NCBI GenBank assembly: GCA_047973435.1
Contig: JBKECA010000285.1
Coordinates: 575 to 64,574 of the forward strand
Reading direction: 5' to 3'
Length of the DNA: 64,000 bases
DNA from: Planctomycetaceae bacterium
GTDB taxonomy: Bacteria; Planctomycetota; Planctomycetia; Planctomycetales; Planctomycetaceae
Part shown: positions 39,061 through 46,657 of the stretch, one piece after another
Position numbering within the stretch: the first letter of the stretch is position 1
Layout: each line of letters starts with the position of its first letter
Translations under genes and position numbers: made by a program
The notes under the pieces: generated by a model
What the model was told of the DNA's origin: nothing
What the model saw: only the letters and a program-made list of their open reading frames with translations
Databases searched by the model: none

Positions 39061-39144
39061 TACCGCACGCGGTCAATGTTGATGCGTTTTGCCTCGCGGG
39101 GTCTTAACGTCCGAATCATCTCACTCGCTACCGCGGGCAGTATA
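39059..39144 (-). repeat. 87-bp inverted-repeat element, copy C (head-to-tail with B, sharing TA)
   Basis: Same unit as B with about 5 substitutions. The junction reads CAGTATATACCGC, so the two copies overlap by the dinucleotide TA. Confidence 0.9.
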
Positions 39145-39169
39145 GACGCTGGCGGGCAATGGCCAGGAG

Positions 39170-40297
39170 TCATTCGTCTCCGAGCAGCATTCTCAGATAT
39201 CCCTGATACCGCAGACTGGCGATCTCACCTCGTTCTACGGCCTGTTTTACAGCACAACTGTGTTCGTGCGAATGGGTGCAGTCCGGAAATCGGCAGTGAG
39301 GAATGTGGGGCAGGAAATCTCGGAAGTAACCCTCAATCTCAAATGGGGCGACGTCCCACAGTTGCATCTGGCGAATTCCCGGTGTGTCCACGATCCAGCC
39401 CCCACTTGCCAGTGGTAGCAGCGCTGCGACTCGGGTGGTGTGTCGCCCCTTGCCGGAATCCTCACTGACGCCCCCTGTCGCCAGTTGCTGTGAGGAGTCG
39501 AGCGCATTGATCAGCGAGGACTTGCCAACCCCGCTTTGGCCGGCCACCACACTCACGCGGTCGTGCAGAATGGATCGCAGCGGCTCAATTCCTTCCCCCG
39601 TCACGATGCTACTGAGCACGACGTCGTAACCGATGCGACGATAGATATCCGCCACGTGCTCCAGGTCCGGGCGGTCGACCAGATCGACCTTACTGATGCA
39701 GACGACAGGCCGAACGCCCCCTTTTTCGGCGCTGACGATGAAACGGTCAACAAGGGCTGGCTTCAGTTGTGGCTCGGCCGCCGAAGTCACGATGACCGCC
39801 TGATCGATATTCGCCGCGATCACGTGCTCGTGCCGATCGCTGCCGCGCGAGATCGTGGTGCGGCGGGTCTCGACACGCACAATCACGCCGTGCCAATCAT
39901 CCTGTGGCTCCACCAGCACCTGGTCCCCCACGACGACGGCATTCCGCACGTCGCGAGACATCGTGCGGACAAGACGCCGCACAGTGCACTCCAGCACGCG
40001 ACCATCGCCCCCTTGCACGGAGCAGTGATTCGCCCCGATGGCTCGCAGCACCCGTCCGGCCATGCAACGTTCAGCGTCGACGGCCAGTTGAGGCAGCGCA
40101 CTACCGACATCGCCATCGGCGAGCACTGTGCGACGACGCGTGATGGCCCCCTTGCCAGTCAGTCGTTCGCTCTGCTGTCGGTCGGCTGCGGCGTCGAGGT
40201 CTTCGAGTGCCTTGTGAGTCAGGTTCTGCTCGCGAGCACGGCCCGCTCGATTCTTCCGAAATTCCACCCGGACCTTCTTGGGGCGTTTACCAGTCAC
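39170..40297 (-). CDS. rsgA: ribosome small subunit-dependent GTPase A
   Basis: Circularly permuted GTPase motifs (NIDQAVIV..., VVAGQSGVGKSSLINAL, DTPG) and the C-terminal zinc knuckle CRFPDCTHSHEHSC. The GTG start at 40297 overlaps the upstream stop. Confidence 0.9.
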   Translation of the reverse strand: MTGKRPKKVRVEFRKNRAGRAREQNLTHKALEDLDAAADRQQSERLTGKGAITRRRTVLADGDVGSALPQLAVDAERCMAGRVLRAIGANHCSVQGGDGRVLECTVRRLVRTMSRDVRNAVVVGDQVLVEPQDDWHGVIVRVETRRTTISRGSDRHEHVIAANIDQAVIVTSAAEPQLKPALVDRFIVSAEKGGVRPVVCISKVDLVDRPDLEHVADIYRRIGYDVVLSSIVTGEGIEPLRSILHDRVSVVAGQSGVGKSSLINALDSSQQLATGGVSEDSGKGRHTTRVAALLPLASGGWIVDTPGIRQMQLWDVAPFEIEGYFRDFLPHIPHCRFPDCTHSHEHSCAVKQAVERGEIASLRYQGYLRMLLGDE

Positions 40298-40818
40298 GGT
40301 TGTTCGTCATCACTCAACCATCGGGCGGCGTCGTTTTCGCTGTCCGTAAACTTGGAATCGTCGCGGGTCACCGGACGACTCGATCGCGCCCGGGGGGGGC
40401 GGGCCTGCTGACGCATCAGGCCCGCCTTTTCCAGCAGACCGATGGCCAGCGGATCCTCCTCCTCCTGTGGCGGCGGCGCATCGGCCGCGGGCTGATATCC
40501 AATCTTGAAGACATGCCGCGCCACTGACAGTTCATCCCCCGGTTGCAGCCAGTGAGAGTCACAGCGTTCGCCGTTGACTTTGATTCCGTTGCGGCTGTTC
40601 AGGTCGCGTACGAACCAGAAACCGTTCGTCAGCTCCAGCTGACAATGCTGGGACGACACATTCGGAAAGTCGAGGACGACGTCGCAATTCGATCGACGAC
40701 CGATAAGCACGCGGGGCTTCAGCAGCGGAATGGGATCGCCGCCTCCGACTGGATTCAGTTCACCGTAGTCCTGCACTGTGGCCATAGTCTCCGCCCGCTG
40801 CCTGAACCCGGCCGCCAT
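40294..40818 (-). CDS. FHA domain-containing protein
   Basis: 174-aa ORF with an FHA core VLIGRRSNCDVVLDFPNVSSQHCQLELTNGFWFVRDLNSRNGIKVNG. Confidence 0.85.
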   Translation of the reverse strand: MAAGFRQRAETMATVQDYGELNPVGGGDPIPLLKPRVLIGRRSNCDVVLDFPNVSSQHCQLELTNGFWFVRDLNSRNGIKVNGERCDSHWLQPGDELSVARHVFKIGYQPAADAPPPQEEEDPLAIGLLEKAGLMRQQARPPRARSSRPVTRDDSKFTDSENDAARWLSDDEQP

Positions 40819-41000
40819 CTGCGACCCTTGGCTATGACACTAACCCCACCAATACGTCAAGTCAATCGGCAAGCGGCCAACCGTTTGCAAGATGATGTTC
40901 GGATTCGACGCGCGTATTGCCGGACAGTGAGAGGCTACCAAGCCTCCATAATGGCGACCAGAGCGGGCAGCGCCGACGATGACAATCGGCCGTGACGGCA

Positions 41001-42587
41001 TCACCGGGGTGGAATCGATGGCTTCTTCAAGACCGCGGGGCGTCCCACCTGCTCGGGATTGTCGATCCCGAACATCGCGCCGTTGGTCAGGTTGGCCTTG
41101 GACGAACCCCCTTTCCACAAGTCCCATTTCGGATCGGCATACTGACCGAAAAAAGCGTGCAGTCGGGACTGTAGTTTGTCACGCAGACGATCCAACTCCG
41201 AGTTGTCGATCAAGTTGTTGTGTTCGTCCGGGTCAGCGGTCAGGTCGTAGAGTTCGTTCGGCTCCTGATGGACGCGTTCAATGTATTTCCATTGCGGCGT
41301 GCGAATGGCCCGGACGTTTTCGAATTCGTAGTAATGGACCTCGTCCCAATCCGTCGGCTGATCGTGCAGCAGTGGACCGAAGTCGCGACCGGGTGAGCGG
41401 GGAGACTGCGGTATCCGATCAGCGAGCCCCAGTTCGGTCAACAAAGTGGGATACAGATCGTAGTTACTGACCATCTGAAGAACGCGGCGGCCTGCCGGCA
41501 CGGTCCCCGGTTGTCGCAGGATAAGCGGGATCGTCATGCCCCAATCAAAGGCCGTCAGGGGGCGGGTATGGTCTCCCATGCCCCAATAGCCAGCGTGGCC
41601 GCCCGAGCATCCCTGGTCGGATGTGAAGACGACCAGAGTGTTCTCGTCCAGTCCATGCTCCTTCAATGCTTCCATTACCCGTCCGACGCCGTCGTCGATG
41701 CCACTGATCTCCGCAGCGTATTTGCGAATGACCTGGAGATCGCCGATCCAGTCGCCGTAGTTGTGATTCCACGGTTGTGGCTTGGTCCGCGGAAAAGAGG
41801 GCAGCGTCCTGTCCGCGTAGAACCCCGCGTGTCGATTGTGGATCGGTTCACGCATTGCCGGAGCAAGGCCATAGGGGCCGTTATAGGGCAAGAACAAAAA
41901 AAACGGCTGGTCCTTGTGATCGGCGATGAACTGAACCGCGTGATCAGTCCACAGGTCGGTCAGATACCGCGGTTCCTTGCGGGTCTCGCCGTTCTCAATC
42001 ACCTCCTGATCGTAAAAGCCCGCGCTACCGCCGTGGGGCTTGGTGATCCAGTGGGAAAAGCCGTCCTGGGGCGTGGCGTTGGCCCCTAGATGCCACTTGC
42101 CGCACATGCCCGCCACGTAACCTGACTCAACCAGAATTTGAGGAAGCGTGTCAAACTCTTCCAGAGTGTAATACGCCTTGGGGCCAGTTTGAGCGCCACC
42201 TCCTGCGAGAAACCGATGGACCCCATGCTGACAGGGCATCAGTCCGGTAAGCAGCGTGGCCCGTGTCGGCGAACAGACGGCGTTATTCGCCAGGGCATGC
42301 TCGAACAGCGTTCCTTCCTTCGCCAGCTGATCGAGATGCGGGGTCCGAATGTCCGGATTACCATAGCAGCCCAATGTCCAGGGGCTGTGGTTATCGGTCA
42401 AAATCAGAACCAGGTTACTCCGCGCGCGGTCAGTATTGATTCGTTCTGCCTTGCCGGATTTTAACGTCCGATCCGTCTCACTCGCTGCCGCGGGCAGACT
42501 CGTCTTCTTCTGGGCACACAAATGACTTGTGCCGCACAGAACAAGCAGAAGCCACTGCAATTGAGAGCTTCGTCGAACTCGCATCAT
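41001..42587 (-). CDS. sulfatase carrying an in-frame copy of the 87-bp element after its signal peptide
   Basis: Formylglycine motif CSPTRATLLTGL and metal-site start NLVLILTDNHS. I chose ATG 42587 (MMRVRRSSQLQWLLLVLCG signal peptide). Confidence 0.9.
   Translation of the reverse strand: MMRVRRSSQLQWLLLVLCGTSHLCAQKKTSLPAAASETDRTLKSGKAERINTDRARSNLVLILTDNHSPWTLGCYGNPDIRTPHLDQLAKEGTLFEHALANNAVCSPTRATLLTGLMPCQHGVHRFLAGGGAQTGPKAYYTLEEFDTLPQILVESGYVAGMCGKWHLGANATPQDGFSHWITKPHGGSAGFYDQEVIENGETRKEPRYLTDLWTDHAVQFIADHKDQPFFLFLPYNGPYGLAPAMREPIHNRHAGFYADRTLPSFPRTKPQPWNHNYGDWIGDLQVIRKYAAEISGIDDGVGRVMEALKEHGLDENTLVVFTSDQGCSGGHAGYWGMGDHTRPLTAFDWGMTIPLILRQPGTVPAGRRVLQMVSNYDLYPTLLTELGLADRIPQSPRSPGRDFGPLLHDQPTDWDEVHYYEFENVRAIRTPQWKYIERVHQEPNELYDLTADPDEHNNLIDNSELDRLRDKLQSRLHAFFGQYADPKWDLWKGGSSKANLTNGAMFGIDNPEQVGRPAVLKKPSIPPR
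42414..42499 (-). repeat. 87-bp inverted-repeat element, copy D (inside the sulfatase ORF)
   Basis: GTTACTCCGCGCGCGGTCAGTATTGATTCGTTCTGCCTTGCCGGATTTTAACGTCCGATCCGTCTCACTCGCTGCCGCGGGCAGACT. It is translated as ..AAASETDRTLKSGKAERINTDRARS.. Confidence 0.8.
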
Positions 42588-42795
42588 GGCATTGCACTCC
42601 AAATCGAGTCGCTCGACTCGTCAGCAACGTGGGTCACAGAAGGGGCGGCCATTCGCCAGTGTGATTGAAGTCAATCACACTGTCTGAGACCATAAGATAG
42701 CAGGGCTCATCAAAAATCCAGTGACGGGGCCTGTTCGCACGAGCCGTCAGCAAGACCGGACGGCTGATCTTGCCAAACGTTTCTTGCCAGACCTG

Positions 42796-42882
42796 ATACT
42801 GCCCGCGGCAGCGAGTGAGACAATTCCGACGTTTAAGCCCCGCGAGGCAAAACGTATCAACATAGACCGCGTGCGGTATAAC
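42796..42882 (+). repeat. 87-bp inverted-repeat element, copy E
   Basis: ATACTGCCCGCGGCAGCGAGTGAGACAATTCCGACGTTTAAGCCCCGCGAGGCAAAACGTATCAACATAGACCGCGTGCGGTATAAC, ending 28 nt upstream of ATG 42911. Confidence 0.9.
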
Positions 42883-42910
42883 AGAGTTCGACGTCTCCGG
42901 GGAGCGCCTC

Positions 42911-43885
42911 ATGTCACGGCAGCATGACAAGTCGACAATCTCCGCTGGTTTGCTCTTCCTGATGATGGTCGCCGTTCTGCCGGCCGAGTCGCCAACAGCA
43001 GACGAGTCGATCCCGAGTGCCCTGCGACGTTTGGGTGCGGAGGACTTTGACATCCGCACGGCTGCCATGCGGACTCTACTGGACGCTGGCGTTGCCGCTG
43101 TTCAGCCTCTCGCTGAAGCGGCCAGCCATGAGCCGGAACGAGCAACGGAGTTCATGGCGCTGCTGGACAAACTGGCACGTAGCCCGGATCAACTCGTGGT
43201 CCAGGCAGCGGACGAAGCCATCCGAGATCTGGCTTACAGCGAGCACGTCACGGTAGCGCAAGCAGCACGCAGTCTGAGAAGACCAGGCGTGCCATACACC
43301 GAGGAGGACCGGCAGCGCCTGGGACTCATTGAAATGCTCCCCGTCATCAGCCGGATCGTCGACAATCGTCGTGAGACCCGCTTCATCGATGATGAACGTC
43401 CGGTCGAGATCATCGAGTTCGCCTCTGGCCGCATCTATGTGAATGTTTCTCAAAGCACCAATGACCAGACAGGCAACGTTGTCGTAACTGCCGACAATGC
43501 GGAGCAATTGCGCGAGAAGAACGCCGGGGCGTTTGAGCTCTATCAACGGCGGGAAAAACGACTTCCTCGGAATTGGCACACTGATCTGTGGGATTTTGTG
43601 CAGAACAAGACACGCTCGCCCCGCAGCACCAGCATCATGCAAAGCTCCAGTCATCGTCGCATTCGCTGCTTTGAAGAGATGCATCAAGTCGATATCGTCG
43701 AGGGGCTCGGTTCTCCCGTCCAGGTTCGGATCATTACGCTCATTAATGGCAACGATGTGGTTCAGGAAATAGAAGGACCTGACTTCGAGTCCATCCGACG
43801 GCAGGCGCCGCAAGTCGCCGAAATCTGCGATCGACTGCGCAAAGAGGCCGATGTCCGCACTCCCTGGTCGCCCATGTTTCCTTAA
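42911..43885 (+). CDS. hypothetical secreted protein
   Basis: 324-aa ORF with a signal/anchor segment (ISAGLLFLMMVAVLPA) and a HEAT-like helical N-terminal part. I recognise no family. Confidence 0.55.
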   Translation: MSRQHDKSTISAGLLFLMMVAVLPAESPTADESIPSALRRLGAEDFDIRTAAMRTLLDAGVAAVQPLAEAASHEPERATEFMALLDKLARSPDQLVVQAADEAIRDLAYSEHVTVAQAARSLRRPGVPYTEEDRQRLGLIEMLPVISRIVDNRRETRFIDDERPVEIIEFASGRIYVNVSQSTNDQTGNVVVTADNAEQLREKNAGAFELYQRREKRLPRNWHTDLWDFVQNKTRSPRSTSIMQSSSHRRIRCFEEMHQVDIVEGLGSPVQVRIITLINGNDVVQEIEGPDFESIRRQAPQVAEICDRLRKEADVRTPWSPMFP

Positions 43886-43915
43886 CTACTCTCCGAGGGA
43901 GAGTGGTGCGTCTGT

Positions 43916-44033
43916 CATTGTGCTCGCGACACGACCTGAGAAGATACGGACGTTGGCCCCCCGCAAGGCAATCCGGATCGCCATTGACCCGGATTGCCAT
44001 TGACCCAGATCGCCATTGACCGCGGGCGGTCTC
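43916..44033 (+). repeat. 87-bp element, copy H (degenerate, with internal 3 x 16-bp tandem amplification)
   Basis: CATTGTGCTCGCGACACGACCTGAGAAGATACGGACGTTGGCCCCCCGCAAGGCAATCC aligns to the left and central parts of the consensus. Three units follow (GGATCGCCATTGACCC / GGATTGCCATTGACCC / AGATCGCCATTGACCG), then CGGGCGGT. Confidence 0.6.
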
Positions 44034-44136
44034 GAGGGCTCGCACCTGGATCGGTCACACGCAGGGCCCTGTCGGCGTCGGCTTGTGGCAGCGATCGACT
44101 CCGTCGTTGCTGAGGGCACTCGATCCCCCCGTTCCT

Positions 44137-46032
44137 TCACCGCTTCGATTTGGCTGAGTCCGGGTCGAGGGACGTGACGATATGCTCAATGAGCCGATCG
44201 CAGTAGTTGGCTGTGCGTCCTGATGCGTTGGGATCCGTCCGGGGGAGCTTGGCAACCTCGTCCTTGATTGAGGCTGCCTTGTCGCCGAGATAGTCGATCG
44301 CGTTCAGCGCCGCGATGGCATTGTAGAGTCCATGCTTTTGAGGGTTGGCGTACTCCAGCAGTACCGGCAGTGCGAGAGCAGCATCGTCCGCATTGCCGTA
44401 CCGGCCGAGAGCCTCGGCGGCAACCACCTTCAATGCGGCAGACTTGTCTTGATTCAGCGCCATCCGCAATGGCTCGCGTGCTGTCGCAACGGCCTCTTTC
44501 CCGTGAACCTCGAGTCCGATGACCTTCCAGAACGCGATCATTGGAGAGTTCTCGATGTCCTGGTCAGACAATGTGTCGGTTGCTGCACCATTGTCTCCCG
44601 TCGATGTCAGACTCATCGCCTTTTCAATCGCGGACGACAGGAAGCCGGCATCCCGTGTCTGCATGTAGTCATAGATCGTCGTCTTTTCATTCCATTCGTT
44701 CCGCATCGACTCCGGGGCGATACCGGCATCTCGCGTTAAAATCATGTGTGCCTTCAACGCCTCGGCCAGTTTGTTGCGAGTTGCGACATGGGCGGAATCA
44801 TCCGCGAGATTCTGTACCTCATCCGGATCACTCTTCAGGTCATACAGTTCTTCAGACGGTTTGGGCTCCCAGAAGTGCGACTGCGCTGCGTTGCACTTCC
44901 CGGCCTTCCACAGGTCGTTCCACACCCGCGTCGTTGGCGTCTGGAACATATAGTCCACATGCTGGCCGCAGGGCAGGTGGGGCATAAAATTGCGAATGTA
45001 AACGTACCGTCCATCGGTGATGCTCCGGATCATGTCGATCCGTTCGTCCATCCGGCCGCGGAAGCCGTAAAGGTAAGCCTGCGGCTCCGTCGCCTGCGCG
45101 CCGAGGAACGCATGTCCCTGCATTGTTTCAGGAATCTGGACGTCGCACAGGCTCAACAGGGTCGGCGCCAGATCCACAAAGCTCACCAGCCGCTTGCTTG
45201 CTCCACCTCCCTGAATACAGTCTGACGTCGCCAGGTCTTTCCACTTCTCCGGGATATACACGATCAGCGGCACATGCAGGCCGGAGTCGTACGGCATCCG
45301 TTTCGACCGCGGCATGCCGCTGCCATGATCGCCGTAATAGAACACGATCGTATCTTCCGCATGTCCTGCCTCTTCCAGTTCCTTCAGGTTCTGACCGACC
45401 AGCTTGTCCATCATGGTGATGCGGTCGTAGTACTGGGCCCAGTCCTTGCGGACCTCGGACGTGTCGGGATGGTATGCCGGCACACGTACCTTGGCTGGGT
45501 CGTGAATCCGATCCCCGGCGTCGATCTTATTCCGGATCTGGCTTTCGTGACTGATGGTGTGGTTGAAAATCGCGAAGAACGGCTCACCAATCGGACAATT
45601 CCTCCAATGGGCTTTGGGACTGGAATCGTCCCACACGGTCCCGTTGGGAATGACGTTGTAATCCGTTTTGGAGTTGTTGGTACAGTAGTAGCCCGAGTCC
45701 CGCAGGTACTGCGGATACAGCCGGATCGTGTCCGGCACCTTCACATCCGACCGCATGTGCTCCGCCCCCAGAGTGGGAGGATACATGCCAGTGATGATCG
45801 TTGTCCGGGCCGGCGCACAGACTGGCGCATTCGACCAGCAATGCAGATACCGGCAGCCCTTGGCCGCCAGGGCATCGATGTTTGGCGAAACGGCGTTCGC
45901 ATCACCGTAACAACCCAGCTGGGGGCCGTTGTCTTCAGAGGTGATCCAGAGGACATTCGGACGATCGCCGGACCAGAGTGGCGAGACCAGAACGGCGAAT
46001 GCCGTGAGTACCTGCCGAAAGGAGAACTGCAT
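44137..46032 (-). CDS. sulfatase with C-terminal HEAT-repeat extension
   Basis: 631-aa ORF with a signal peptide, PNVLWITSEDNG and the motif CAPARTTIITGM. The C-terminal ~150 aa is helical-repeat-like (AAEALGRYGNADDAALALPVLLEYA...). Confidence 0.88.
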   Translation of the reverse strand: MQFSFRQVLTAFAVLVSPLWSGDRPNVLWITSEDNGPQLGCYGDANAVSPNIDALAAKGCRYLHCWSNAPVCAPARTTIITGMYPPTLGAEHMRSDVKVPDTIRLYPQYLRDSGYYCTNNSKTDYNVIPNGTVWDDSSPKAHWRNCPIGEPFFAIFNHTISHESQIRNKIDAGDRIHDPAKVRVPAYHPDTSEVRKDWAQYYDRITMMDKLVGQNLKELEEAGHAEDTIVFYYGDHGSGMPRSKRMPYDSGLHVPLIVYIPEKWKDLATSDCIQGGGASKRLVSFVDLAPTLLSLCDVQIPETMQGHAFLGAQATEPQAYLYGFRGRMDERIDMIRSITDGRYVYIRNFMPHLPCGQHVDYMFQTPTTRVWNDLWKAGKCNAAQSHFWEPKPSEELYDLKSDPDEVQNLADDSAHVATRNKLAEALKAHMILTRDAGIAPESMRNEWNEKTTIYDYMQTRDAGFLSSAIEKAMSLTSTGDNGAATDTLSDQDIENSPMIAFWKVIGLEVHGKEAVATAREPLRMALNQDKSAALKVVAAEALGRYGNADDAALALPVLLEYANPQKHGLYNAIAALNAIDYLGDKAASIKDEVAKLPRTDPNASGRTANYCDRLIEHIVTSLDPDSAKSKR

Positions 46033-46657
46033 GGCGTGGCCTGAATGTTGAAGGTTTCGGTAGGCAAAACGGTGGTGGCGTGACGGTCGAGGCCTCGCGT
46101 CAATTCGCCCTGGAATCGGGGCGAGCCTTGCTGGACCGGTCCTGCATCAGACTTTAGCGTGATGTCGACGGATTTGGGACAGACGGCGCCATCTTGGCGA
46201 GGTGACTGTCTTTTCCTGACGGGGCAGCGCGGGTAGGGGGACCAGCTCACGCCCACGTGGAAAGGGACGCGACGCTTCCCTGCTTGCTTGAACCACACTC
46301 GAGGCCTCGACCTCGCGGACAGCCGCTTCAGAACCTCGCAATGACGCGCGATCAACCTGGCCGGAACGAACAGCCTTGGCAGCGACTCACTCCACGCACT
46401 CTGCTCCTGTAAGTTCTCTTACTGACGAGCTTGACCACCTCGCGAGGTGGCCTGGTCCTGGTTCGCTGACATGACAGTGGCCTGTTGACGTCTCCAAGGC
46501 TCCAGCCCAGAAGCAAGAACAAAGGCCAGTCCCTCTTCGAACAATTGACCACGAGCGAAGCCATTGCCTCGCAGGCCAGTTTCGCTCACGATGCACTCCC
46601 CCCGTCAACCAACTCGAAGCAACCTCGCCGCCTCAACTCTCAACTCTCTACCCTCAA

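Noticed and set aside
38975-39144. The B/C tandem repeat as a mini CRISPR array.
   Set aside because: The two units abut directly with no spacer. They are 86 bp long with terminal inverted repeats. Identical units occur singly elsewhere, and no cas genes are present.
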